The notes under the pieces: model-generated | What the model saw: only the letters and a program-made list of their open reading frames with translations | The model's database searches: none | Told to the model about the DNA's origin: nothing | Position numbers and translations under genes: made by a program | Part shown: piece by piece, positions 40,201-53,641 of the stretch | How positions within the stretch are numbered: position 1 is the stretch's first letter | Layout of the letters: every line of letters begins with the position of its first letter | Source of the DNA: Ascidiella aspersa | Lineage: Eukaryota | Assembly: GCA_963924565.1 (NCBI GenBank) | Contig: OZ004610.1 | Coordinates: 33,914,001-33,978,000 of the forward strand | Length of the DNA: 64,000 nt | Reading direction: 5' to 3'

Positions 40201-42846
40201 TCTCTTCACTGCACTTCTTAAAAGATCGAGTGAACAAAACACAAGCAAGACAATAACATAAAAAAACAAATTTGATTTTTATGAACTAGTCACATTGCTT
40301 CCGCAATTGTCTAAAATTTAGTGATATCTTGCTCGAAGAACAATCTATAGAAGTGAAACCATGTGAACTGCAGGCGGCGAACCAAAGCACTTAAGCCAAG
40401 GTTTTTCTTACATTTCATCACTAAACCCCAAGAGAATGGGTTAAAGTAAAAAATAACTCTGTCCCTTTTTCCCCTATTACGGGTAAAATTTCTGACTCTT
40501 GTTTGTGGTCAAATAGCCCGTAAAATATCACCTTTTTCTTGCATCATTTCTTTCGTTTTATTCTACATAGTTCATCTGTTTTGTTAATTTCTCATGAAAC
40601 CCTCACGAGTCGAGATTGTTTGGAAACAGCGCGGCTTTAATTTCCTCTCCTCGTGCCAGAATAAACAATAACACTTGCCGTTTTACTAAAGCACCGCTTT
40701 GTGCCTTTTGTGAGCGACGCTTAACACAACAGCAGAGGTCTGTTGTAGCATTGTGCCGTAAATTGAACGGCGGCCCACTCATAAAACACAAACTGCAGAA
40801 AAACTCAAGCTAAAAAATTTGCGCTGGATTTTAAATCCAATATCACCATAGAAAGTGCCTAATATTGCAAACATCCAAAAACCTATTCCTTACGTTTGAG
40901 TATATTCTTTAGGAACATGGTATTAAAACCCTAACAGCCAGATATAAAAGATAAATGATTTCCTTCAACCCCAAATTTTTTCTTAAACCCATTGGTATAT
41001 GATCAAAAGTCTTTCGGTAGCGTATAATTTGGTCTTATGAACAAATTTAAATCCAAGTTAAATAGAGAATATAAAGTAACGGTGTTTTTTTGTTCCAATT
41101 GCCTTGATTGCAGGAGATTCCCTTGCTTATTTTGCATTTATATTCAAGGGTTTTCAATATGTTTCCGGATGCCGTGCGTTTACTATAGGAGCCAAATACG
41201 CGTTGAACTAGACTAGTTAGCGCCTAGTGTGTTTGGATAGCCAGGCCTTCATCAACAAAGTGTCATGGCGGCGCTCTGCGGATATCAGAAGCCATTCAAC
41301 GGCGGTTTCCGTAACTTTGTTATTACAAGGTCTTGCCTTTCCAAGAATAGCCTTTTATTGAGGACTGTGATATTATGCGCCTGGCGTTTTGTGCCTTTAG
41401 AAGTGGCTCTTTCCTAGTGAATTGAACTTGGAGAGATAGGGCTGGCATCTTTGCCTTGCTTTGAGATGAAATAACAACTTTATCGTAGCGAGTGTGTGGC
41501 GGGAAATAATAACAATTCCCGAAACTCTTTGTGAATGAAGTTTTAAAAAACTAGCGCCTTGTCCGAAACGTAAAGGCAATGTACTAAACCCTATTTAACG
41601 TCGCAGAAGAGATTACAATGCCGAACGAAAAAATCAATCTTGATCTTTTCCTGAACACAATAAATATTAACAATTTCCTCACTGTTTGTTTTTAAAGGGT
41701 TTAGAGAGATTTTATGGAAATGTGAGAGTAATTTCTGTCCTATCACGATTGTGTCCGTGTTCAAGTATTAATTTTGGACTCTCGTGATTGTTTTATAGTT
41801 AAACTAATATAATTTCACCCCCCAAAAAAAGAAGACTGTCCCACAACCCCCCAGGGGATCCAACCACGTCGTAGGAAATGCTGGCTGATAATTTAGTTTT
41901 ACAAATTCTCAAATCTCCCAAAACTGTAGAATTTAGAACATGATGTTAGCAGCTCAGTACCAAATAAAACGATTGAAAAAGTTTTCTAAAGGTGTTTTTT
42001 CTATTTTTTGATGGCCGTTAAAAATCAACAACTGCTATCAGCTGATGTTCCTCGAAGCAATCACACGACAATCGCGATTATGACATCACTAACTTCCCCT
42101 TGTTTTCGCTAATTGTGAGGTGACAGTTCCCAGAAACCGAACACGTGCTAGTAGCGGCGTGCCCAGCAACACAAAACGCGCGGTGGTCGACTAAGCGAGG
42201 CGATTTATTGTCAATTCTAAGATCCACGCGAGCGTTCGAGTGAGGTAAGTTAGCCTGGGCTTTGTTTGACCATCAACTAACTGTTGGCTTGTAACCGTAG
42301 CAGCTATAAACCTCGCCGACTGATACAGTAGAGGCGTGTGATTAGTGTGCTGGTGTGGGGGAGTTAGCGATGCTAGCAGTGTCAACATAAGCACTAAACT
42401 GGTTGCTGCAGTTCTGCAAGCTTTTGCGCTAACTGATATTACATAAACGCCAACTATTACATAGTCAAACTGTTTAATTTATCCCGCTTTAGACGAAAAA
42501 TGTGATTATACAGAATCAAACGCCAACTATTATTGGTTTTAAGTTGTTTAATTTATCCCACTTGGAACTAATCATGCGATTCCAAAGAGGGGTAACAGCA
42601 TAAACACTATAGCCCGGTTCTGTTTTGCAAGCTTTTACGTTCCAACTAGTTCCTAATAAAAACTCCAATGGTTTAATTTGTCCCATGGGAGTTATCAAAA
42701 AGCGATTCAAAGTGGGGTAACAACATAAGCAACAGACTCATTGATTGGATCCAAGTATTACAAATACACTGACAAACTGTTAAAAAACATAAAACTGGTG
42801 CACTCCACCCATTAGTTGCGACAACCAGGCTTAAATAGGGTTGATT

Positions 42847-42890
42847 GGGATTCGAACTCCTGTTCGTAATTTAACACTACTGCTTCGCCA
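42847..42890 (-). mobile_element. tRNA-derived SINE head remnant (Pol III A-box/B-box-like)
   Basis: Minus strand tggcgaagcag-N19-ggagttcgaatccc; no cloverleaf. Confidence 0.4.
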
Positions 42891-44713
42891 GTGAGCTTTT
42901 AGGCAAGCGCTTAAAAAGCTCGTAAAGTGAGTCATATTTACACTGTATTGTCTGTCGCGTCTTTGTAACAATTCTACTTTTACTCAACCACCGTTTTACG
43001 TTTTTTTTCTGAATTGCCGGATGTGGGATATGGCTAGCGCATTTAATTGTTCACATATATAAAAATGTTTTCATAAATTATTTTGATGTTAACTAATTTT
43101 TCAACTGTCTATATCAGTAATAAGGTATAGAGCGTTAATCTGTGTAATATTAGGCGTGCAATTCCTTTTGCACTGAAACAAACCTATAATTACAAGATAG
43201 TTGTATAAAAGCACCAAAAAACGTTTTAAAAGCACATAAAACTTTAATTAATTTTGTGCATGGGAAACAAAACTACAAAGCGTCTGTATAATATTAACAG
43301 TACAACTTCTTTGCACCAAAAAATACTTATCAATTGCATAGAAAAAAAGAACCCAAAAAATTCTTCCATAGCACAACTTTTATTAACTTCGCGCGTTTAA
43401 GTGTTGCCTGTATTTACAGCAGTGCTCCATTATAAAGTTGTATATATATGTTCGAACTTTGCACACAAACGCTCGGCCGATGCCAAAAAAAGATCGATTT
43501 GTAGATGAAATTGCTCGCACACAAACACACCTGAATGGGATTAACATGTTGCCAAGTTGATCAACCTCATGCCAATTCCTGTTGCTGCTACTGACAAGTT
43601 TCTCACGCAAAGTGAGATTGATCGCGACCCAATCGCGCTATGGTCTATGACGTCATAGAAAAGAGATCGTTCTAATGCGTAGCCAATGGTTTTAATTAAA
43701 AATATGTATTGTCGACTGTCGTGCTAGTTTAAGCTCGTACTTGATTTTTTCAAAACTTACAGTTATATGCTGCTGTTGAAACACTTTACCAATTTCAAAT
43801 CACTCACTAACTATACGTTGAGATCTCACTAAATGTTACTAATCAGCCAAACTTTGATGTTTAAGTGTTTTTGCATTTAGTCATAAACTCTTCTTAGTGG
43901 CGATAAACTCAATAGGTACCGCAGCAACAGCAAGTATAAGTTTAAGCCGAATACTTATAACAACTAGTTTACTCGCCCAAGAAAGCAACTCTAACTCAAT
44001 TTTCTCACTATCTACAACTCCGTGGTAAAGGTTTTGGTTAAAACAGTTGTTCATAGGATCAAAAAACATGAAAAAAAAGTAAATAATTGCAGAGACTATG
44101 TTAATTTCCTTGAAATGACTGTTTAGTAATCAACGATTACCGTGTAACACCAGTGGCAAAAGCAACCCAACATCCCGGAACAAGGTACCTTTTTCACCGG
44201 GCAATCCGGATATAACCTTGGATGTATTTCAACCAAGATATTAGTTGCACTATTGCACACCACTTTGAACTGCAACTTTACGTTTTCGAAGTTTACTTTG
44301 TTAGACTTTACGTTAGGACAGAACATTATGACGTCATCTACGAAATTGTCCATGCGTTTAGGTAAAATAAAATATTCTACTTTCACCCTGTGTGACACAC
44401 TCTACATTTTAAACGAACCACTGCCTTTTTAAAAGAGGGTTTCGTCGTCCCATTTCTATATCAACACAAATGCGCAGACTCAGCGCTTTGCTTTAACCGC
44501 CAACTTACGTGTTAAGTCAGCCTGGACTCCAGACGAAAGTAGGGTTTGCTTTCGCCGACATTATCAATCTAATCGTTGGGCATATTTTGATGACATTATC
44601 AATCTTATCGCGCTAACAATCTGACACATTGGTGCGCATTCGTGTTAAGAAGTATCGAGCCATGAACCTCGGCACATTTAAGAGGTTTGTTTCACTAAAC
44701 TGTCGTTTTAAAG

Positions 44714-44762
44714 CAGTGTTCCATAACCTATGGTCTACGCTTAATTTGTTGGGTCGCGGACT
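44714..44762 (+). mobile_element. hAT-type MITE left end
   Basis: cagtgttccataacctatggtc...gggtcgcgga preceded by tttTAaag. Confidence 0.5.
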
Positions 44763-45881
44763 GCAGCAGGTTTATGGTTCGATTTTTTAAGATTGGTTCT
44801 GAGCAAGATTTCTCTTAAATGTGAGAAAATTACATATTTTTTCCAAAAATATTTTCCAAATCTGTGTATTTTGCTTGGAACCAGATTACATTGCGCAAAA
44901 AGTTACCACATAGGTCATTACATAGAGGGTTGGTAAGCCTATTAATTAAATATATCTTATTACTGCAGAACAATTCTAAAAAATGAGTACAATTACCCTT
45001 TTCTAGCCCAACAGCGCTATGATTTCGGTTAAAAGAGTGGCTCTTAAACTGGGGTCCACCGTTTCCAGTGTGGAACTTTGAAGTGGTCCACATAACATTT
45101 CTATCTTTCTTTCAAGGCTGATAAATTATAAGTCCGGAAAATAGTTTTCTTACAGTTAATAGATCGATTGACCGTTTGTTTACCGTGTGGTATGAGTAGC
45201 GAACTGAATGTGTGGAGTAATTATTGCACTTCTAAGTTTCAATTTTCGTTGTTTAGTACATTAAAATATTCCGCCAATATTTCCGCACGGTAAAACAAGT
45301 TGGGGACTCACTGAGTTAGAACAAGAAGGCATTGTGCTTCTGTTAGTTTGATGGCACGAAGCCTGGCCTAAAGTTGCCAGTCTTATCTCTCCACACATCA
45401 ACTGCTTCCACTTTGTTTCGCTGAGACTTAAGTGCAATACCACCAGGCGTACTTGCGCTGTATGTTGAGGTTGTGTGCGGGGTGTGAGACGGTTTGTCGT
45501 TCAAATAAACACTGGCACTGACGCACGTACGGTCACACGCGTTGGACCGCAAGTAGCAGTGATTGGCGTCCATGTTCGGTCTAAAAACTAAACGTGCAAG
45601 ATGCCCGCACATGTTTGAACTTTAACGCTGGGATGATGGGATTTTGTGACCTAATATGTCTGTCACTCTCTCGTATATTAACGAACAATTGGTGCTTTAC
45701 ATGTATGTTAAATATTATTTTCCTTGTTGTTTTTGTTATCACCCAATGCACCATAAATAGGCAAGTACTATTTTTCAACACTGTATTTTTGCACATGATA
45801 CTGTTTAGTTTTAATAAGAGTATCCTAAGTTCTTCAACATTGTTTGAAAAGTTTTCTTCTTTTTTTATATATTGATATGCA

Positions 45882-45926
45882 AGATATTTTATGGTTACCA
45901 CAACCTCCAACCATTATGCTCCAAAA
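45882..45926 (-). mobile_element. MITE family A terminal fragment
   Basis: acaacctccaaccattatgctccaaaa is the reverse complement of the family terminus. Confidence 0.75.
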
Positions 45927-46710
45927 TATTTTAGTTAAGTGATTTTAATTTAGGCATTGTATTTTTACAGATGATGTTAAATTTATAGTTCTAATACGGG
46001 CAGAACTATTGGCAGACAAAAATGTTTGTACTGGCAAAACTATTTTGTTGATATTTCCAAAATGGCTGTTAAGAAAGGATTTTAAAACATTTGAAAAACG
46101 CAACTTGGGTTGAATTTGCAGTTACAGTATTTAATTTGTTATGATTAACACCGCTTGCAAGCATTGATATACAGTACTTACAACCACAAGTATACTCGAC
46201 GCCTATGTGACTCCATAAGCCTGTCACTTAACGTATACGCGTTCGTTTATTTGAAGTGTTTACCAGATATTATCTCGTCCCCTCACACACAACCTACACC
46301 AAGCACTGACGCAAATTCATCTTCCAGTCGAACAAAAAGACCTGCTGTCCTTGGCACTGTGGTGTCGCGGATTAGCGAACGTGTCGCCCGAAATCTTTTA
46401 ATTAATCGCCCGGCACCCCCGAGAACGCTCGCGTTTCCCTTGTTACGACACAAACACCAAACACGCGCGTAGCTTTGATCAGCTGACGCTGGAGCCGAGG
46501 CGAGTTTTGAGGAAGATTTGAAAGGAGATCGGCAAGCTGTCATCATCGCTACCTTGCCTCTTTAAGGCAGGTTAGCTTAAGTTATGCGTTCTTGCTTTTG
46601 AAAGGTTTCGCCTGAGTTTTCCCGTGTATATAAACAAAAGTGGGAAGTGAAGGATAAACACAAATATTGCCGTGAAACTGCATTTTGTCTTAAATTGTTT
46701 TCCCATAGAG

Positions 46711-46866
46711 CAGTGCTTCTTTACCTTTTCCTTGTTGCACCCCTTAGTTTACATTGAACAAACAAATACATAACAGTAAAACATTTTCTGTGTCTGATTA
46801 AGCATCCTCACACCCCCTTGGAACATTTCTTGCACTTCTTGGGGGTACGAGCACCCCTGGTTCCTG
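46711..46866. mobile_element. 156-bp hAT (Buster-type) MITE with intact 8-bp TSD
   Basis: Starts CAGTGCTTCT and ends gcacccctggttcCTG. Flanked on both sides by ccaTAgag (46703-46710 and 46867-46874), matching the 8-bp nnnTAnnn TSD of Buster hATs. Subterminal gcacccc motifs are present. Confidence 0.8.
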
Positions 46867-47699
46867 CCATAGAGTTATGCTGTATTTTCAAGAACGTGTT
46901 TTAAGAATGTCGGATGTTTTATGTAGCGTGCTAAATATTGCCCAAGTTAAAATCTAAAACATTTCAAGGTGCTACTTGATTTATAGATTTTGACTGACGC
47001 ATTGTGAAAAAATAACTTGGGATAATTAGCAGTTTAAGAATCAGAGGATTACCTCTCCAAAAATTGCATTCTTTATGTAAAACTAACCACTCAAAACAAC
47101 TGTAACACACAAATTTAAAACAAACTCAAATCCAGGTTGAAAGGTAATGTAGAAAGCAAAAGGTCAGTTTTACATCCAAACGCTTCATAAACGGCAAAAT
47201 AACGTTGTAATAAATCAGCAAGGCATATTATCGCAATTGTGGTTGAAAACTAAAACAAATCAACTTTAGACCTTTTAGATAATTGGCTTTTTAAGGGTTT
47301 CTAAATTACTCAATTTTAGCTTTGCAAGTGAAAATGCTGCAAAGGTTTGAAGAAGATGCACGTTCCGATTAAAACAGCACGCTTTAGACAAAACGCCAGT
47401 TGTTGAACACTACACCACACCTGCTAATGCGTTTCCAATAACCCCCCTTAAATCAAACATCACAACAACAAAACTCCCCCGACAAACGATGACGTAACAA
47501 AGAGATCGCGACCTGTGGGTGTGAAGTGTAGGATAACAATCGAAAACGAGTTTCGCGAAATGTATCTCCTGTAAGCAGATAACTCTCCCCTGACTTTTTC
47601 AATCTTTGCTTAATCTCGATCTTAGCTCGATTGTCAAGGGTGAACCGTAATTAAATCCCACTAAGGCTTACACCAAAGGCCAACCTGGCTAACAATAAA

Positions 47700-47856
47700 C
47701 TTTGGAGCATAATGGTTGGAGGTTGTAGTCGTAGTAAGAATATCAAAGCCCATACAGAAGTAGGGAACATTTTAATCAAAATGAATAAAGAGATATTCTA
47801 ATAAACGTTTGATATTATACACTTCTGTACAGGATTTGATATTCTAATTACGACTT
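47700..47856. mobile_element. Foldback-type MITE family A (subunit-core-inverted subunit)
   Basis: tttggagcataatggttggaggttgtagtcgtagtaagaatatcaaagcccatacagaagt...aaaatgaataaagaga...acttctgtacaggatttgatattctaattacgact. Confidence 0.85.
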
Positions 47857-50172
47857 GTTATTAAACCATCACAAGGCAGTTAATATTTGGCCTACAATTG
47901 TAAAACATGTTGTGGTTTACCGGAGTTTCTCAATATCTTATTTTATTATTAGCGTTTAAAACTTAACCCGTCGTCTTATTGTGACTATGAAGACCTTTCT
48001 TGTGACGTTATGTTGAGCAAACCCTCTACTTGACGCAGATTTTTTACTGGGGAACATGTTTTCCTTTTTTTACAAAAAGCGTCGTACAAGCCACTTCTAT
48101 TGCCTCTATTTGCTTATTGCCGTACTTTAAACGCGCCACAAAAACAGCCTATAATTGCACTGACTCACATAATTGCAAGTGTGAAACGCCAATTAAAGCC
48201 CAATTGAAGATTTAGGTGCCAAATACGAGCAACTATAGCTTTAATCTTTTTTGATCGCGTATACACGACACACGTCAATACTTGCAGAACCAGAATTTGG
48301 AACTTTATGTTACAACGATAAATTAAACCATGATAAATACACCAGCTGCTAAACAAATGAACATTGTTATACGTTTTGGAAGCATCACAGTATAAAAAGG
48401 ATATTTTCATTAAAATCAAAAAGTATTTTATCATAAATGCAGTCCTAATGAAAACCCTTGTGAGTACAACATCTTAAAAACGCTTTGTGACTGGTTTTGC
48501 TGGCTTTCACAGGCATTTCTATACAGACAAATTAGGTATTTCGGTTTTAATTAGGAGTGTTTGTAGTAGTTATGTTTAATATGGGTTGCATAGAATTCTA
48601 ACTGGGCGCTTTGGGCGTATAGGCATGGGTGTGTTACGCATCCTATACCACATTGTGTAAGCTAATTTAATATCATACTATTAGCCCATCGAGACTTACG
48701 TGCAACGCTCGGCGGTTGAAATATAGAAGCGCGCCGAAAATGTACTTTTATGGCTGGAGGAAAGATTTCAATTGATCACCATTTCATAGAAAAGCGGTGC
48801 TAAGCAAAAGAAGATAATATTGAACTTAAAACCCCGCTTAGTTTGAAACTTAAACCTTGGGATAATGTTAGGTTAAAAAATGGGTAGAAAATGAAGCTTT
48901 TAATCTTTCTGGTATTCCGATATGTAATATTTAACTTTTGACCGCCCAAAGCCACTATAAAATCGACTGAACATAATTGCAGGCGGTCATTACCGCAATT
49001 ATTCGGCACACGAAGCCATAGCAGGACACAACATGTCTTTCTCTTTTGATTTCGATGTTGTAAAGTTGAAGAATGCGACATAGCACTTAGAGCTTGTCTG
49101 AGTGCTGCGCGTAATTTCGCTAATTTCAAGCCAATTGTAGCCCTGATGTGGCCGCTAGACACAAGCTATGGTCTACAAACACGTCTGAAGATTTGGTTGT
49201 TTTCTTAAAAGTTTTACCCGATTTTTGACGGCCGAAGTTTGATTTAAGGAGGAAACGTTCAAGTTAGTCTGATGCTTAAACTTGAGCGAAAGTACACGGG
49301 GTTCAAACACAAGTCCACCCACGCGAGCAACATTAAAGAATTTTCTACGAAAAACGTCTAACAAGCGGTTTCCAAACTTTTATCACTAGGGCCGGATACC
49401 TGCAACGATTGTAGATCGTAGGCCGCATATGCTTGCTTATTCAGCAGTAAACGAGTAGCTTAAAGAGCAGGTTTAAAGAACGCTGATGGTATTTTTGACA
49501 GCATTTAAATTGGATCTAAAGATCAGGCAAAATATTCGTTGTCGTGCAAGAAGTGCTTGGATTGTTTAGTACTTTTTAGGTAGTTTTTAACAATGTTTAA
49601 AGCTGTTTTTATACAGTTTTTGCTTGCTTTAAACTGCTTTCGCGGTGTCTAATACTCGCAGCGTTTTTTACCATTTATATAGACGCTTTTATACGATTGT
49701 GTCACACATTTTATGATGGTTCAAAATCCTCATGGTGTTTAATATTTTGTTTGTTTTACACCATTTAAATACTTGCTTAATCAGCAGCAAACGGATATAA
49801 AAGAGCACTCACTACATTTGCGCGTGTACAACATCGGTATACTTGTCAAGGTGTGATTCCACACGGATCTCTGGCAGCCCGCAGGCGTGGCGGTAATTGG
49901 ACATTTACTGGATAATTCACGCTTGTCAGAACATAACTGGATTGCTCACTCTCTGACGTACAAAGATAAAGTTGTGATGGAGCGAAACGATCATAGCAGC
50001 AGTGTTTCCAGATAATTTTGTCAAGCAATGCTTCACCAAAAAGCTTATTGTTTTTCAAGAGTTTTGTTAGATTTTATTCGTCAAAAATTTAAGGCAAACA
50101 CAAAACTTTGAAGCGCTTAACATATACACTTTTGAAAAGTATAATTTTCTTATTAAACACGCAAGTTTTACG

Positions 50173-50256
50173 TTTTGTTGCCAGGAAATGTTATTATTAT
50201 CAAAATATGGTATTATTATCAGTTTTGTTGCCAGGAAATGTTATATTTATCAAAAT
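50173..50256 (+). repeat. Short tandem duplication (ttttgttgccaggaaatgttat x2)
   Basis: 22-bp exact repeat ~50 bp apart, each followed by ...ttatcaaaat; contains an ETS-like CAGGAAAT. Confidence 0.85.
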
Positions 50257-51302
50257 TGCAAAAAGGAAAAAAACTAACACAACAAACACTACTTTCCATT
50301 GCCAAAGAAATGCGAGTTGGCCATATTTTTGCCTTTTTCAAAATTTAACTTTTTGTCCTAAAATAATAAGAAAAAACGTTTGTGCTTTTTCCAATTTAAC
50401 CCCTGTCTTCACGAAATATTGGGTCCCTTTTTCTTCCGTACCTTTCTGCCTAAATAAAATATGGTAAAATACTTTTTCCTCTGCTTTTTCTGGCCTATCT
50501 TCTGCGTCTATTATCGCAGCAAAATCAATGCATGATGCTGTCGTCTTTGGCCCAAGTGCTAATGACTGAATCGTGTTAAGGCACCAAACCTTGCACACGG
50601 ACCCACGACAATCTCAAAAAGTCATCTGCATTGTGTAGACGGCACGTCGGGTTGCCTGCAATTGATCGCTTAACTGCAACTCACAAAGATATAAAGTTGT
50701 ACTCTTTGTAACATAAACTGCATGTGAACAAACCGTGTAAAACTGACGCACGTAGCTTTGCTATCAGTTTTGATCTTTATACAAAGTTTCCGGCCGAAAA
50801 TGGCCCACAATTTTCGTTGTATCAAAAGATAAACAAACAGCCATGGCCTGCTTTACGGAAAACCGCCGAGACATGTTGGGGGTCAGTATTTGATGTTATC
50901 TTAAATGTCGTGTCGCAAAGTTTTGCTGATGCGGTTACATTGCTTGTTTTTCTGCTGCTTCGTTTTATCTTTCAATAAACAGCGCAACAAACCACTCTAA
51001 ATAGCAAAAAACATAACATTACAAAACAAATGTTACCTACTTCTATATAGTATTTACAAATGCGTTCAATTTGCTGAAATGTAACTTTTTTCTCTATTTT
51101 TTGTTTTAGTTTCTATATTTGCATTTACTACAGGCTCAAAATGTAAAACAAGATTTTCAACTACCAACTGTAATTGTAATATCACGTGAAATGGATTAAA
51201 ACTCGTCTTTACTGTGCTATTTGCTGAGTTGTTGTTGGCAAAACCAACTTTCACATTAATTGAAGTACACATTTACATTTTTTCACATTAAAAAAATACA
51301 TA

Positions 51303-51498
51303 CTTTGGAGCACAATGGCTGCAGGTTGTGATTAAACGAATAATAATATCAAAGCCATATAGAAGTAAATGACTTTTTGAAACAAAATCTTAAGATAATG
51401 GCTGGAGGTTGTAAGTAGATGTAGAATGAATATCAAAGCCCTTATAGAAGTAATTAGCATTTGGTGAACGTTTCGAAAAACCCTTTATTCATTTTCAA
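51303..51498 (+). mobile_element. Foldback-type MITE family A (two tandem subunits + inverted core)
   Basis: ctttggagcacaatggctgcaggttgtg...aatatcaaagccatatagaagta...tcttaagataatggctggaggttgtaagtagatgtagaatgaatatcaaagcccttatagaagtaattagcatt...aacgtttcgaaaaaccctttattcatttt. Confidence 0.85.
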
Positions 51499-53279
51499 TA
51501 TCAATTCCTCGTTATGTATGGTCTTTCATGTTAATTCAACACATTTAAAAGAGCTTTTTAACCAAGTCATTCTGTCACAACCTAGATTGTAACTCTTACG
51601 TATTCTATACATTAAATTGCTATTAGCAACGTTTAAACACAAAAAAAATGCTCAAAATCGATAAAAATAGATTCTTTACGCAAGTTACGTATGGTGCGAA
51701 CATCTCAAACGCCATTAAAGATTAATTTATAACCGCGACGCCAATCTAAGGACTGTAAATATTGACCCAACATCCGACGCGCAAACTTACGTCAAACCAC
51801 AAGGACGGCGACGTAAAGTATACGACAACGACGTTTTTCCGGATTTTTAAGCAAACAAAACTCGCCGATAATGATTAATAGTTGTCCCGGTCTAATTTTA
51901 GGTTTGTCCATAATGTGGCTAATTCTTAAGTGTGTGCGGATAACGCTGTCTGTCAATATTCGCTTTTGCGCAAAGACGAATTGACCTTTGAGTTACGGTC
52001 TCAGCAAACTTTCCAGCTATGACTAGTCACATAAGCGTAAAGTCAAGTCATGTTCGACTGGCCTTAAAAACAGGAGCGGATCTAAGACTTTTGATTGCGG
52101 GGTGACATTAACAAAATTTCAGATATGTCATCACAAAGTTACGCCAAAAACGTGATAACACAAGTTAAACAATCGCAAACTCACAAGTTAGAAAAATGCC
52201 TTTGTGCAGTTAAAGTTGCCCAAACTTCCATTTTAGATGGTGTGATACGCACGCCGCACGCCGCCTTTGGACTGAACCAAAATTTATCAAAACTTGCTAC
52301 GACATAACAGAAACATCCGAAATATTTTGCGTTTATGGCAACAAAGCGGTAGCGCGAAAAAATATCCGAATATTTGGGTTAATTTGACAACAGAAACAGT
52401 GTAGGCCTACAAATTTGCAAAATTGTCACGTTTAGTTGAAATAGGAAACAAACATAGTTTGTGCGGACATGGCCATTCTTCCTCCCTGAATCTGATGATA
52501 ACGCAAGTATTTGAAAACCGTACGCACTTCTTGAGGTTTCGACATACATGTGCACGTAAACGTTAGTTGTCTTGGGTGTTTTTGGGCGTGTGAGTTTACC
52601 AAGTTACGGTAATTGACTTGGTCGTGTATTGATGAAAGCTAAGTCGCTCACGGAGACGGCAAATAAGCGCCAAAGTGTTTTTTAACAAGAGACACTGACC
52701 CGGCCTAATAAACGTGCAATTTATTTAAAATAACTTTATTTATTTTGTATTTTTGTTTCAGAGAAATCAAACATTAATTATAGGATAATTTAACGAAAGG
52801 CCACGCGACGTTTTGACGTATGTATTTTAGGTACGTAGAGTGTCGCCAAGTTTTTCTCAGATATCACTGAAAGTTACCAGGAAAAATTTAGCAAGATTCT
52901 TTGAAAAAGTCCAAAGTTTCACAATTTGGTTTTTAAAACTCGCAAAAAAAATCGACTTCTTGGTTTCAAGTGGATTTGGCGAAAATCGGTTTTGAGACGT
53001 CGCGTTTGTTACGTCATAGTGTGGGCGTCGACAACGCGCGCGCTTGGGCACTTGGCGGGAATCATGAATTACAAACAACACGAGGCAGGAGGTCGGCGTC
53101 GTGGCGAGCTTCTTGTAAAGCACGGATCTCTGGGCTTTGTAGAAGGTTGTAGTTTACAAATGCTGAAGGAGGTTAAGTCTAAAGCACTTCTGTCGTCTGA
53201 CTCGTGGGAGCTTTGTTTTGAGTTTTATGGATTAACAATATTAAAATATATGATTCTCGAAGTCGTGTGGCGAATACAA

Positions 53280-53305
53280 CCCCCCCCCCCCCTTTCCCCT
53301 CTCCC
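53280..53305 (-). other. Poly-C tract / potential G-quadruplex on the minus strand
   Basis: C13-ttt-CCCC-tct-CCC on the plus strand, i.e. GGG-aga-GGGG-aaa-G13 on the minus strand. Confidence 0.45.
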
Positions 53306-53641
53306 TCAGTTTTATAATTAAATGTGCCAGAAGCAACAAGAAATGTAAGGCACCTTTTTTCATTTTTAGCGCTTACAACCAATTTTTATAGAAAGAAGGG
53401 CGATTTCGCATAAGTTTTACTTCAAATTTTTACCAGATCCGTATATTTAAAGCGGAAGGCTTGGTTTTTATAGCACAATTTTTCGTTTTTCTTCGAAAAA
53501 ATTGAACCCCTTATTTGTACAGATTGCTCAGCGAGGCCTTAGCTGGTTTGGAAGACACACACAATCACACATATACGCTAACAATCTAGTCCTCCTAAAG
53601 ATGATTTTTGATCAAAGATTACGGCTTACGTTCCATTCCGG

